Numbered from the whole stretch's first letter, positions 11,293-24,097 are shown. The stretch is 63,070 bases of DNA, filler included, from Olpidium bornovanus S191 (GCA_017911155.1; 31 parts of 31 records of this genome joined end to end with filler, not necessarily neighbours in it), one strand, 5' to 3'. Notes: generated by a model from the letters alone, not told the origin. Program-made: numbers and translations.

Positions 11293-12479
11293 NNNNNNNN
11301 NNNNNNNNNNNNNNNNNNNNNNNNNNNNNNNNNNNNTTAATTAATTAANNNNNNNNNNNNNNNNNNNNNNNNNNNNNNNNNNNNNNNNNNNNCATGATGG
11401 AAACATTATTTCCTCACTTCCTGCCAGGGAGGTATAAAAGAAGATGTGTAGGGATGGCACCAAACGTGTGAATGCGAGGAAACGTTTCCTTTGTGGGACG
11501 AGGATTGCCTCACTTTGCCAGCACCGGAGCAACAATTGCCGGGTGCCCCACTTCCTTCGCAAAGGACAGTGGGGATGGTGAGCTTCTCGGCTCTTTATTT
11601 CACACGACTACTGCCGCTGCCGCACGCGCCAATTCTCCTTGCGTTCTTTGACAGCAGGGAGCTTCGCACGACTGCGCGTTCCGCTGTTGCGCGCCCAGAA
11701 TCGCCTTTCACTGCGGCGCGCGCTGTGGTCCCCTGCTGCACGCGCGACGGTGCGCTGCTGCGCGCGGCAGGCGGCGATCCGCTGCTGCGTGAGAGTGTGG
11801 CATCGTTTGCTCACGGACAGGGCGAACAATTAATTATTCATAACCTGTCCGGTTTATTTTTTTTTTTGTTTCCGGAAAGCACGGAAGAGCGCTACATAGG
11901 AGAACTACGACATTACCTATTTCTCATTCGTCTTACCAATCATAATCTCCCTCGTGCCTTTCGCGCTACGCAAGCCAGGGAGGCTAAAGCAGAGATGAAA
12001 AAAACGGGGTGAAACAAAAAAAACCGTCGAAAATGCACTGGATGAACTTTGCCGGCCCCGCTTTTCCCTTGGAACCCCCTCCGCCCCAAATGATCCATAG
12101 TAGCTTTTCAACGCTTTCCCAGAGGCAGCGAAACTGTTTCTCCGCGTCGGCGAGTGCGTAGGGAGTGTGAATGTGTTTTTTTCCCTTCTGGTCCGGCTTC
12201 CAGGATCCAGCAAGAACTCGGCGAAAATGTGAAGATCCAGAGAGAGAGCATGGCCCTCCCCAGGCTGGATTTTATCGGTGTTTTGGCTGCCACCAGAAAA
12301 TAATTGCGTATAGTGCAAACCAATATACAATACACGCGCGCTACATATCCTGAAGGCAGTTCGTTCACTACCACCTGCGGACAATGTGATGCAAAAAGAG
12401 GAGGGAAAACAATCAGTACAAACGAGAAGGGCGAATAACGAAGCATTTAAGAAAAAGGTACACGACACCATCGCTGAAC

Positions 12480-13249
12480 AAACCTTTCCCGTTCCTTGTC
12501 CCTATTGTCTCGGTATTCATATTCACGGTAATGGTCCCTATCGTCTTTCCGTCCTGTTCGCAACAAGAAGTAAGCGGCGGTCAGAACAAAACAAAATGCA
12601 CTAGTAATCAACGACAGCGTAAAGGGACAGACGAGGCGCCGCACAGGAAAAAAAAGACGAGCACAGAACAGCTACAAACGTCCCGCCTCCGCAAAAACGT
12701 CGAACGGCAAACAACATGTGCAAACATAAAAGGGTAAAACACCAACTAACTTACCACGGTCACGGTCCCTGCGCGGGCTCCTGCTGCGACTCCCGTGCGG
12801 CCTGCGGCCACCGCCCCTTTCTCCATCATAACCTCCCTCGTCCTCGAGGCGGCGACGGCCGCCGCTCCTGACGCTGTATGCGCTGTCGTAATCCATTTTA
12901 GCCGATGACTTGCTGTCGAGGTTGTGATAATGATGGTGGTAATCGCCCTCGCCGAACTGCGGGGGACCTCGTGGGTAACCGTTTTCGGGAAGTGGAGCAG
13001 GAGCAGGGACGTGCCCCCCACGGTCATAATCCCGGGGTGCTCCACCGCGCTGGTAGCCGACGCCGTTTCGGTAGGGTGACGGTCCGCTGTGTGGGGGCAG
13101 GTGAAGCCCGCGGTCATAGCGCGGGGTCCCCGCGTGTGAAGGAGGTGGCGGACCCCGGGAGGATTGGTGGTAGTCGCGGGGCGGACCGCCGTAGTCGCGT
13201 GGAGGACCGCCCCGCGGCGGACCGTAGCCGCTACCCACCCGCCGCGGAC
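12480..13249 (-). CDS. Arg/Gly/Pro/Tyr-rich low-complexity protein (RGG/RS-like), partial
   Basis: GPPRDY repeats and RSRSPRRDRDR, donor GTAAGT near 12753, and a downstream exon GRKDDRDHYREYEYRDNRDKERE. Confidence 0.55.
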
Positions 13250-13355
13250 NNNNNNNNNNNNNNNNNNNNNNNNNNNNNNNNNNNNNNNNNNNNTTAATTA
13301 ATTAANNNNNNNNNNNNNNNNNNNNNNNNNNNNNNNNNNNNNNNNNNNNAAATTA

Positions 13356-14201
13356 GGAAAACTTACCAATATCGCGCGCCGCCGACGCGGAGTGCAGCCG
13401 GCCCACCGGTCTGCCGACGCGCGCGCGCCAAAGCGGTTCCCGGGAGACCCCAGGGCTTGACGGTGGCCTGCCCGATCCGCCGGGCCTGGGACCGCACCGG
13501 GTCCGCGAGGACACGCAGTCCTCGCCGCATGTGGGAGTTGCGGGGCGGGTGCATTCTTTTCTTTTCGCTCGGGCCTCTTCTCGGAGAGGCCTTCTAATCC
13601 CCGAGCGCGAGGGGTAACGGAGAGGCGAGGTGGAGGGGAGGGAAATGGGTTGTCGGCGAGGGAGAGAAAGTGCGGTCTTGTCGAAGTCTTGGGGGGAACG
13701 CGGTATAGCGCCGCGTTGTGGGGGGGGGGGGGGGGGGGGGGGGCGGGGGGGGGGGAGGCGCGGGCCCCCCCGCGGATTTAAACGGCAGCCGCCCCCCCGC
13801 CAAAATCACGCCCCCAGCCCCCCCCCCCACAACGCGGCGCTATACCGTGTCCCCCCCAAGACTTCGACAAGACCGCACTCTCTCTCTCCCTCGCCGACAA
13901 CCCATTTCCCTCCCTTCCACCTCGCCTCTCTACCCCACGCGCTCGGGGATCAGGAAGCCTCTCCCAGAAGAGGCCCGAGCGAAAATAAAGAAAAGAAAGC
14001 ACCCCGCCCCGCCACACTCACAAGCGGCGAGGACTGCGCGTCCTCGCCGACCCGGTGTGGTCCCAGGGCCCGGCGGATCGGCCAAGACCACCGGCAAGAC
14101 CTGGGGTTTTCTCGGAAAACCGCTTCGGCGCGCGCGCGTCGGCAGTCCGGTGGGCCGGCTGCACCCCGCATCGACGCGGCGCGAATCTTGGTAAGTTGTC
14201 C
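13356..14201. repeat. Long imperfect inverted repeat (arms ~13356-13730 and ~13818-14201; ~90-bp spacer)
   Basis: The left arm is the reverse complement of the right arm, with scattered substitutions and indels (e.g. TTACCAATATCGCGCGCCG vs revcomp TTACCAAGATTCGCGCCG). Confidence 0.9.
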
Positions 14202-14658
14202 GCCTCGTTTGGATTCCCCCTTTTTTGCGCTTCTGGCATTCCGGAAAAAAACTGTTTTGAGCTCACGTTGTTTCGTTCCGACTCTCGCACAGATACAACA
14301 AAAAGCCTTGTAAAGGTCCGGCGATGTATTTTTCCCGGCTGGCTGCGGTTTTCCGGGAGCTTGCCGTCCCCCAGGGTCAAGGGCCGGTGGCTGCTGTCCG
14401 CGGGCGGCCTGCGGGCCGGGACCNNNNNNNNNNNNNNNNNNNNNNNNNNNNNNNNNNNNNNNNNNNNTTAATTAATTAANNNNNNNNNNNNNNNNNNNNN
14501 NNNNNNNNNNNNNNNNNNNNNNNGGAAGCACTGTGAGGGATCATTTGCTTTTTTTTTTTTTTTTTTTTTTTTGAACCCCCCCCCCCCCCCCCCCCAAAAA
14601 AGGGGGGGGGGGGGTTTCAAAAAAAAAAAAAAAAAAAAAAAAGCAAATGATCCCTCAC

Positions 14659-14852
14659 AGTGCTTCCAATATCAACGGGGTCGCCGGCCACGATGTCTTC
14701 AACCAGGTGCGCACAGGCGGTGAAGACGCGTCCGCAGCTGACGAGGTTGCCCAAAGCACTGCGGCAGCGAGGAGCCACGCGGAGATCGACAACACGCGCC
14801 GCGCAGCTGTTGGAAGCGGGTCATGCGCTCCGGACCGCAGACACGAGGACAT
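14659..14852 (-). CDS. UGGT: UDP-glucose:glycoprotein glucosyltransferase, first exon
   Basis: Signal peptide (SISAWLLAAAVLWATSSAA), then SPPVRTWLKTSWPATPLILEAL, matching the UGGT N-terminus (TTSLTTKWFSTPLLLEASE type). Donor GTGAGG. Confidence 0.75.
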
Positions 14853-15838
14853 TCGCCGACGTCACACTCGCCCTCGCTTTTTTTTTCTTTCCTTTTACCG
14901 GTAAACAAGTTACCAGGACGCGACAGCAAACGGCTGAAAGCCGGCCCCAGGCGACCGCGCACCTGACGACCGCAAAAATCGCGGGCCTCGGAAAAAAACC
15001 CAGGGGCCTTGGGAACGTCCCGCTTCTCCGCGCCCGGGCCGCCGAGAGTGGATTGGACCAGCCACGAAAAACGAGGCGCGCAGAAACTTGGGCTCGCGCG
15101 GGCGGCCCGGCGGGCGCGGTGTCGACGTGACTGCGGATCGGCGCGGCGGGGCCGTCGACACACGAGCCCCACGGGGAGGGAGGTGCTTTCCAAATCCTCG
15201 GACTGACAGCCCGGGGCAGAGCGGGGGACGGCGGGGCGGCTGCGTCGAACCGGGCGCGATAAACGCGGGGAGTGCGGGGTTTGGATGGGAGGAGGGTGCA
15301 TGCGGCGGGAGGGAGCGGGCGTGCGGCGGGGGCGGATTTTCCCCGCTTTTTCCGGCCGGGCCGCGAATTTTTTTGCGAGTGCGCATTGCTTGCTGCCGGC
15401 GCCCTTCCGTCCAAAGCGAAAAAAAAGAAAAACCGAGTGTCAGCGAAATGGCGCCTTCGCCCAAAGCGCCGTCGTTGCCGCGGCGGCGCGGAGTCGTCGT
15501 CCACGGCCCGGCTGCAACAGGCGGAGCGTGTCTGACGCGCGCGGCGAGCCCGCGGCGAAAGACGGGGGGGGGGAAGGGGCGGCACGGAGAGCGAGCGATG
15601 CAATTTGCAAATTCTGTGCTTCCCGCCTTTTTTTCTTTTTTTATTTTTTTTTTTTTTTTATTTTTTTTTTATTTTTTATTTTTTTTTTATTTTTTATTTT
15701 TATTTTTTGGCCTCGGCGTGTGACACCCGCATTATTGGTTTGTTTGTTTCCGCAATTTCGCCCCGAATTGCCCGTTCCAGTTCCCTCAAACGCCCGCCCC
15801 GCCCTCGCGCGCGCGACGCCCGCCAACCGCAACCCCCG

Positions 15839-17600
15839 ATGGACATCAGCGCGTGGGACATCCCCGGCAAGGTCAAGGTCGTGCGCTTTGCCCTGCCCTC
15901 CGCGCTCGCCGGCCGCACTTCGGCGACGCTGGCGCTGGGCACCCACGACGCAGGCGCTGCGAACCGCATAGAGCTGTGGTCCGCCAACGTCGGCGGCGCG
16001 CGGCCCGACGGCATTTCCCGCAATGTGGCGGCGAAGAAACTCGCCGAGCGTCAGCATGCGGGAGACGTCATCGATATGTCGGTACGCGGGGCCTGCGGAC
16101 TGGGGTACGGGACGGCGGGTGGGAGGGCTGCATAAGCAAAAAAGAAAAGAAAGAGAGAGAGAGAGGGAAAGAGAGAAAAGAAAAGAAAGGCCGGACTGCC
16201 AACCAAAACGCCGGCGGCCACGCCGGCACCGCGCGTACCGTCCGCGCCTGACTCGCGTTTTCCCGGTCGGCGTCGCGCTGCCTCTTCCTTGTGCGCAAAT
16301 CAGTTTGTCAATGCAGACATTTTGGTGACAGGCTCGTCCAACGGGTCCGTGTACGTGTGGAAGACAGTCCCCGAGGTGAGCCCGGGGCCGCGGGCGCCGT
16401 CACGCTCCCCCAACTTGAAACCAGTCCGGCTCTTGCGCTGACCGGCGTTTTTTGCTGCGTGCAGGATGACGGCCGAACCTCGTTTGACTGGCTCGCGAGA
16501 TACGCGCCGCACTCCTTCGGAGCTAACCTCCCTGAGGCGTCGTGCAACGGGGTGACTTTCTCGCTGCTGAACGCACCGGAAGTCGCCAGTTGTGGGGAAG
16601 ACGGGCGCTTGAAAATATACAGGTTAGACCTCGGCCAAGTTGTCGAGGATGTCGGTGAGCGGTTGGTCCGGCGGAGAGCCCCGGGCTCACTTGAAATGTA
16701 TCGCGCGGCAAGGTAAGCTGAGCTGTGCGCTGCAACTTTTGTTTCCCTGGAAACAGTCGTGGACCCCATGTCTCTTAGCGGCATCGAGTGGGTCGGACCT
16801 CATAACTTGGTAAGTGTCGAAATGACCTCGTTGTGGGCTTTGATATTTTTCCGCGCCTGACGTGATGGGGGGGCGGCGGGGGGGGCGGCGACGTTTCCTA
16901 TAGCTCTTGTCGTCAACGAGCGGACATTTGCATCTGCGAGACCGACGGGATTGCCGAAAACAGTGGCTTTCCCTCCTCGAGTAGGTTTCTCGCAGCCAGC
17001 GATACTGGCATATCGCGATTGCTGCGCTTTGCGTCTAAACCGCGAATCAATTATGCCCAGTCCGGGTGCGGGTGGTCTGCCGCTATATTGCGTCTCGGCG
17101 AGCCAGACGCAGGCGAACAAGGTGGCGTCAGGCAACGCGGCCGGAAGGGTCGCGGTGTGGGATCTGAGGAACGCGGAGTCAGGGATGTTGGATCCGGTCG
17201 TAGCCAACGCGGCCCAGAACCACGTCGGAGCCGGTACGCAATTCTCCGCCCGTCCGAGTGTTCCCCGTTGCCCTCGTTTTTGTGGTCGGGAGCTCCGGGC
17301 TGACCTGCAGCTTTTTTGCCACGTGGTTTTTTCCCCACCTTGTCAGTATGGGACGTCGGGTTTCACCCTTCAAAACCAGACCACGTCGTCAGCTGCGGAA
17401 ACGACGGCAGAATCTGCGTGCGCAACTGGGCGCAGGCGGACAAGGCGCGAGACCCGGGGCGCTTTCCCGATCAGAAGCCGTACTGGCATCTGGAGGCGCT
17501 GCAGTCGCGGCTGGCGGCGAACTCGGTCGACGTCCACGGGCCCAGCGGCCTGCTCGCGGCTGGAAGCGATGGCCGCAAGTTGCTGCTGACGACCCTGTAG
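15839..17600 (+). CDS. NUP43: Nucleoporin Nup43 (WD40), multi-exon
   Basis: MDISAWDIPGKVKVVRF...RQHAGDVIDM; ASCNGV...PEVASCGEDGRLKIYR; VWDVGFHPSKPDHVVSCGNDG; NSVDVHG..LAAGSDG. These follow human Nup43 motifs (HHGDVMDL, PEIVTVGEDGRI, MWEVHFHPSNPEHLF) in order. Internal exon boundaries are approximate. Confidence 0.8.
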
Positions 17601-17774
17601 CAGGAAAGCAGGAATATAGAACGTGCCGGAAAAAAAATCTCGGGGAACGCCCAGACGTTTTCTCTCGTGGCGGTGCTGTACGGACGGCGCAGGGCCCGCA
17701 GAGCGCGACGCAAAACTCGCCTGGACCTTTCGAGACGTTTTTGGTCCGGGAAAGGCGAGACACTTTCCGCAAGA

Positions 17775-17805
<31 letters not shown>

Positions 17806-19422
17806 GGGGAGGGGGGTTTTGGGAGGAGGCGACGGAATANNNNNNNNNNNNNNNNNNNNNNNNNNNNNNNNNNNNNNNNNNNNTTAATTAATTAANNNNN
17901 NNNNNNNNNNNNNNNNNNNNNNNNNNNNNNNNNNNNNNNCATGGCTCTGCAGCGCACGTCCCTGGAAACGCTGCTGTCGGCATTTTGTAGGCAGGGGATG
18001 GCGGGCGCGGTGTGGCCGTGTCGCGTTCAAGGCCCGCCCCAGACCTTGCAACATCTCGTTTACAGCGCGGACGCGCACGCGAACAGTGCTCGACCGGTCA
18101 TTTTTGAGGTTTAAAATCTAAGCCCAGCATCAGGAGTACTTGGCCGCGGGGGTACGGCTGGAGGGTTCTGGTCATAGAGAATTTCTCGTTATCTCTCTCT
18201 CTCTCTCTCCTTCTCCTTTTGTTTTGCCTTCCCGAACGGCTAGGGGGTCTGTCAGGGAGTTCGGTTTATGCAGCGCCGCCCATATATCGCGACCATCGAA
18301 TATACTACGGCACATTTTGTGGAGCGTCGTCAGTGTGCGGAGCGACGGCAGGTAACAGCGCGGCCGAGCCCTGTGGCGGGCAGTGACAGCGCCTCACCGG
18401 CCCCGACAGACGAACGAGCGCAGGATGAGAAATGATTATCACTCCACGCATGCGGCTCCCTCACCATGCGGTGCATCTCGCCGCACGGTTCGCCAGCCGT
18501 GCAGCCAGGCGTCCTCATTGCCCTCCTCGGCCAACGCTTGGCGCAGTACGGCTCGGCGGCTGCGCGCGGCGCCGCTCTTTGCCACACGCTGCCAAGCCTG
18601 CCGCCGATGGCCCGCAAAAGGATCTCGACGTGCAAGCGAGAGAGCACGGTTTGTCCGCCCGCCGGCGTTCGCCACGGGATGCTCGCCTTCAAGCCGGAAG
18701 TGAGGCCGACGCCGTAAAAAAGCTTCGAATGGAGATCGCAGAACGGCTTTTCCTGGTCCTTTTTTTTTTTTTTTTTTTTTCATCATTTTTTCCCCAGTAG
18801 CAGCAACCCAAAAGAAAAAACAAAAAAAAAAAAATAAGGAAGGTGCCCGCCCGGCTTCCGTCGGCGCACTTTACGGTCTCAAACGAAGCGGCAGAGCGAG
18901 GAGCTCGCCTCCCGTGCGCGACGAGCTCGCTCGCGCGACACATCCCCCCTCCCCCCCCCACCCGGTTCTCAATTCCAATCAGTTCTTCGCGATTTTTCTT
19001 CCTGACCGCCGCGAAAATCTCACGCGGCGTTCCTCCTTTCCCCACTTTGGTCCACGATCCCAAGCTCCGCCCGTTTGCGAGAGGGCGGTCTCGGGGCGCG
19101 CGGGCGCGCGGGAAAGCCCTCTGCGAAGGCCAAAAGGCGCGGTAATTAAAAACAACAAAAAAAGTGCTCTTCAGCGTTCCCCGCCCGTTATCACTTCATC
19201 CGCCCACATCACACAGAAAAGAAAACTAAAGCTGATTCACCTCAAACCTCCCAATAACTGAAAGCTTTATTTTACTCTACACTTACCCCGGGGTACTTTG
19301 GAAGTACGTAATATAACCTCAGCGTGGGCCAGGGGCGTTACTCTCGTGAAACAGGCAAACTGCAGCCAACAACAGGCAGCCCCCCCCACCCTCCCGTCAC
19401 CTGCCCCCACGTTTCTTCCGCA

Positions 19423-19753
19423 TCACTTATCCAGGACATCCTCAAGGGGCACACCCCTCCAATACCCGCCCTCTGCTCCGTTCTCCGCAGCTGCCGATCC
19501 TGGTGCTCCGCATTTACCGGCATCGACGTCCGGCACGACCAGCAGTGAATCGTGGATGGCGTTGAGCGCGCGGGTGGCTTCGGCGGCCTCTATGACGCAC
19601 GAAATGTTGATCTCCGAGGCGCCCTGGGAAATCATCTCGATGTTGATGCCCGCGGCGGCCAGGGTGGTAAACATGCGGCCCGCACTGCCCACTGTCGATT
19701 TCATGTGCCGGCCGACCACGGAAAGGATGGCCAAGTCCTTGAGGACATCCACC
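19423..19753 (-). CDS. HOM3: Aspartokinase, C-terminal ACT domain (last exon)
   Basis: AILSVVGRHMKSTVGSAGRMFTTLAAAGINIEMISQGASEINISCVI is the fungal aspartokinase ACT2 signature. Confidence 0.92.
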
Positions 19754-19762
19754 TGATTTGTT

Positions 19763-19794
<32 letters not shown>

Positions 19795-21055
19795 NNNNNN
19801 NNNNNNNNNNNNNNNNNNNNNNNNNNNNNNNNNNNNNNTTAATTAATTAANNNNNNNNNNNNNNNNNNNNNNNNNNNNNNNNNNNNNNNNNNNNAAAACA
19901 TTAAGCGTTGGCACAGATTTGTGGGATGCAATAAAATATGTTGTCGCAAGACGAGGGGAACGACGCACAGACACGCAGCAACTTCGCCCACCAACATCAT
20001 CGCGCTTTCTCCATGCTTCCCGCTGACGTCGACAGCGACGTGCGATAGCGCGGCACTGCCAGAGACAACCTACAACGTGTTTCCCGCATCTTTCGCCGCC
20101 GTGCTTCCCGCTCGCCTTTGCCGCGACTCTGTTTCTTAAATGCTCCACCCCTCCTTCCTCCGCCCCCCGCCCTTTCTCGACGTTGCGACGCCGACTTCTC
20201 AAAGTTAACCCGACTTCTGGAAGCCGACGTAGGATTCCCTCAACATCCTGAAACTGGCCGGCCGAATAAGCCTCCAACGCAACTCCCGTTTTCATCGAAT
20301 TTCTACGGACCGCGGAAATCTTTCTCCACCCTTCTCCCCTTTGTCTGCAGCCTTTATTTCTCCGTTCCATTCTTTTGGCGGTTCACGAATATATCGCACA
20401 CGGAAAAAGCTTTTGGAATTAGAGGGGGAAAGAAAATGGTTCCCCCTTTTCCCCCCCCAAAAAATAATTGATTTGGGTGATGAACCCCCCAAGGGGGGTT
20501 GAGGAGGGGGACGGGAATCCGAAAAGAGTGTCCTCGCCAATATTTTCAGTTTTTTCAGACAGACAGGAAAATCGAGCGCGCCTCTGAAAATTGGGGCAGG
20601 GCCTTTTTCCTCCCCCCCCTTCTCTGGAAAATTCGGATCAGGATTGAAGCGGGGTTTTTACTGGAAAACGCGGTCGCGGACGGTGAACTACGCGAATTCG
20701 GACCGGCGGGCAAGCCTGGACGGACCGGCCTGAGGGGGGTGGCGGGTTTGGGAAAGAAAACCTCTCGTCCGCGGTCGACGGCGCAGCGGCGATTGACCCC
20801 CCTTCCCCGTTGGTCGCGGCTCCATAGCAAGAACCCGGAAAGACCTCCCTGTTGTCACCTCCATCTATCTTGTACCAAGGGCATCCCCCCCTCCACCGTC
20901 ACCTCTTCCCGATTCCCGATAGAGCAAGGAAGCGTTGGGGACGCGTCTCCTTCCCAATCATATCCCGTTCATCCTGCATTATGCGGATGACGGCGAAGCG
21001 CGAAGTGAAAACAAAAAACGTCGATACGCGCAATTTCTTTATTTATTTATTTCGT

Positions 21056-21349
21056 TTAACCCCCGCTCACGGGAGGTATGACCGCCACCTCGTCTCCCGG
21101 CCTGATGCGGAGTCCTTCTCCACCTGCCGGGGAGCCGGCGGCGGCGGCGGGGCCGGCGTACTCCATGTTGACGGCCAGCGCGGCGGTGTCCAGCACGGGG
21201 CCGAGGCCGGGGAAGCGCTCCCGCAGAACGCGGGCGAGGTCGCCGGCGGCCATAGACTCAGACCCGGCTTCCAGCTCGACTTCCGCCGACCGCGCGCCGC
21301 CCGCCGCATCCCTCGCGGAAGCAAAGAAAAGGACTTTCACCGGCGCGTG
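21056..21349 (-). CDS. MOCS2A: Molybdopterin synthase sulfur-carrier subunit (MoaD/MOCS2A)
   Basis: [14 protein letters not shown]...LAVNMEY...[13 protein letters not shown] with the C-terminal Gly-Gly. Start codon or first exon not resolved. Confidence 0.9.
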   Translation of the reverse strand, partial: HAPVKVLFFASARDAAGGARSAEVELEAGSESMAAGDLARVLRERFPGLGPVLDTAALAVNMEYAGPAAAAGSPAGGEGLRIRPGDEVAVIPPVSGG

Positions 21350-21454
21350 CTTTTTTGATTTAATTTTTTTTTTCCGGGAAAGGATAAATCAGAGAGGGCG
21401 ATGACGGTTTCTTTCGAGGGTGTGTGTGGGGGGGGGTCTTTTTAATCCTTTTTC

Positions 21455-21487
<33 letters not shown>

Positions 21488-22485
21488 TTTTTTTGAGCTG
21501 GTCGTTCACCGCGCCGGTGGAGCACAGCCAACACGCTTTGAGGTGGGGGCAATGGGGGTGGAAGAAAAGGTCTTGAGGGACACGGCGGGCTTCCTCAGTT
21601 TCCCCTACCCCCCCGACCAAACCCTCCCCCGCGTCCATCTCGTGTCCGCCTCAGCGTCCGCCTTCTTAGCCGTGTTTCCCCTCACCCCCCCCCCCGTCCG
21701 TTAACCGCTAACCTTCGCACCTGGGCCGTCGTCATCTCGGGCTACTCTCTTTTTCCACCCGTCAGCCCCCGGCCGCGTCGAGAGGGGCCGGCGAGGTGGA
21801 GGCGGGCAGGGATTTTTTTTTTTTTTTTTTGGTTCTGGCTTTGGGGAAAATCGGAAGGCTGGCCAACAAACAGCGACGGTTTCGGAAAAAGGCGCGGGGG
21901 TGAATCAAAAATCGGCCCCTTTTTGACGACCATCGACCCGTGCGCTTCCCGTTCAAACATGATTGAGATCCTACAGGTTCGCAGACAGAAAAATACTGTG
22001 CAATGCGAATTATCGCCTGTTATACGAATTGCTCGTATTTCCGAATTCTGCGGAGTCAAGTGAAAAAAAAAGTACGCCNNNNNNNNNNNNNNNNNNNNNN
22101 NNNNNNNNNNNNNNNNNNNNNNTTAATTAATTAANNNNNNNNNNNNNNNNNNNNNNNNNNNNNNNNNNNNNNNNNNNNGCGAGCATGACTGTTCTGGCTC
22201 TGGGATTTGGATCTAGTTTCGAAAGTTCTGGAGTTTCTCGTAGGTCTGAAAAGTACGACTACTTGGTTAGGCACATTACGGAACGGCTTGTTCGCCGGCG
22301 CCCAAGCCGGGGTGACAAAAATTTTCGGTCGTGAGAACTTTTTGGAGGGGCGTCCGGATCTGGTTGGCGCGGCGGCGCCGGCCCGCCTGACAGCGGGAAC
22401 GGGGAAGAGGGAAGAGAGAGAGTTTGTGAGAGAGCGCGGCTTGTTAGAGGCAGAGACGGAGAAAGTGAGAGAAAGCAGAGAGCGA

Positions 22486-22536
<51 letters not shown>

Positions 22537-22590
22537 TTTGGAGAGACAGAGAGAAAGACGGCCGCGACTGGCTCCCGCGCCGTGGAGACC

Positions 22591-23801
22591 ATGCAGTGGG
22601 TGAGCGGGGCCAGAGAGAGGGATCACCTAGATGCGGGGACGCCGTAACCAAAAGCCGCGCTCCTCTTTTTCGCACGTCCCGTCATCCCTGGCGCCGCTAA
22701 TAACTCCTCTGGCGCCGTCGCGCGAACAGGTCGCAGCGTCAAACGGCGAGGTGAGCGGCGTTTCTCCTAGGGTCGTGGCCCTCCGGCCTCGGGAAAAGCT
22801 AAGCCAGGGCCAGCGAAGGTTGGGGAAGATGGGGGGAGAGAGCGGGTTGGGAAGACGGCGTCTGAAGCGCCGCCGCGTTTTTGCGGCCGGGAAAAGAGAA
22901 GGTACCTCCGAACGCGCTCCAGGTCGGCTGCGAGGCCGACGGCCGGCCCGTTTTCGCCGCGCGAGGGCTGTACGCGGGCGGCCTGCAGGTCGGAAAAGGT
23001 GAGGCGCATCGACCGCTGCCTTTTTTTTTCACAGGAACGAAAAGATGGTCGCCCCACCGACTCGGCCGTGTTTTGATTACCTGCCCTCAAGTGGCACCGC
23101 ACCTATTAGGGATGGTCTTCGGTTTCGGCGGTAAGGCCGAGTCGATACAGACGTATGAAGTCCTGGTCGGTGATGCCGGGAGAGCAGGTCTTCAGTGGCA
23201 AGACGCGCTCGGACGTGAGTGAATTTCCCGCCACCACACTCTCCCAGTGCCGTTGACCCTGGTTTTTTTTTTTCAGCAGACTGGCGGGCAGCTTTTCGCA
23301 AATAATGCTTGCGTTCTTCCTACCAGCTGCGCAATCCGCCGAATACGAACCGTTTGAAGCAGGGTACGAGAACGACGGTCGAGAGGTGAATACGTTGCTC
23401 GACGACGGGCGTCCTGTTGCTGCTGGCGAGCTGCGCGCCATTCTCATGTCCTCACGCCACAGCTTTTTGTCGCGAAAGTCAAAGACGACGCCTCGGAAGA
23501 GATCCGTGTAGGGAAATGCGGGTGAGTTTTTGTCCTGCTCAAAACTCGCGGCCGCCCGGTCCCGCGTGCTGAAAATCGGTGTGGTGGCTCTCGACTCTTG
23601 CTGTGCTGAACCGGCCATTTTCTACTTCTTCAAGTCCTCACATCAAATTAGGCATGTCGTGCGCGCACGCGGATCAAGAAGTCATGAACGAACGGTGGGG
23701 ACGGAGGGACAGAAACCGGCTGAATGGCGTATTCTATGCAGCCGCCGCGTGATTACCTTGTGCAGGTCAAACTATTAACCGCATACGTTGCATCACAGTT
23801 A
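22591..23801 (+). CDS. Tandem DM9-repeat (DUF3421) protein, many small exons
   Basis: MQW/VAASNGE/VPPNALQVGCEADGRPVFAARGLYAGGLQVGK/VAPHLLGMVFGFGGKAESIQTYEVLV, then a second repeat W...PFEAGYENDGRE/LFVAKV...IRVGKCG. This matches the DM9 consensus. The 3' end is uncertain. Confidence 0.8.
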
Positions 23802-23962
23802 NNNNNNNNNNNNNNNNNNNNNNNNNNNNNNNNNNNNNNNNNNNNTTAATTAATTAANNNNNNNNNNNNNNNNNNNNNNNNNNNNNNNNNNNNNNNNNNN
23901 NAAAAAAAAAAAAATGAAAGCAAAAAAGCAGAAACAGCAAACAACAGACAAACAAACAGAAG

Positions 23963-24005
<43 letters not shown>

Positions 24006-24035
24006 CCCCCCCCCCCCCCCCCCGGGGGGGGGGGA

Positions 24036-24095
<60 letters not shown>

Positions 24096-24097
24096 CG

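Noticed and set aside
14524-14667. Near-perfect palindrome at a contig start duplicating the UGGT exon/intron junction
   Set aside because: Identical arms, homopolymer centre and position at the contig end are typical of a fold-back or amplification/assembly artefact.
18460-18750. Minus-strand exon-like frame EKPFCDLHSKLFYGVG...AGEPCGEMHRM
   Set aside because: Plausibly coding (flanked by AG/GT) but no family recognised. The CDGSH and LIM resemblances are incomplete.
21360-22078. Possible overlapping MOCS2B ORF (bicistronic MOCS2 as in animals)
   Set aside because: No MoaE-like sequence is recognisable on either side of MOCS2A within the contig.
23902-24090. Lys/Pro/Phe-run ORFs from A, C and G homopolymers (also 9868-9938, 47880-47980, 59808-59852)
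   Set aside because: Homopolymer tracts at or near contig ends. Lengths are unreliable and the ORFs are not credible proteins.
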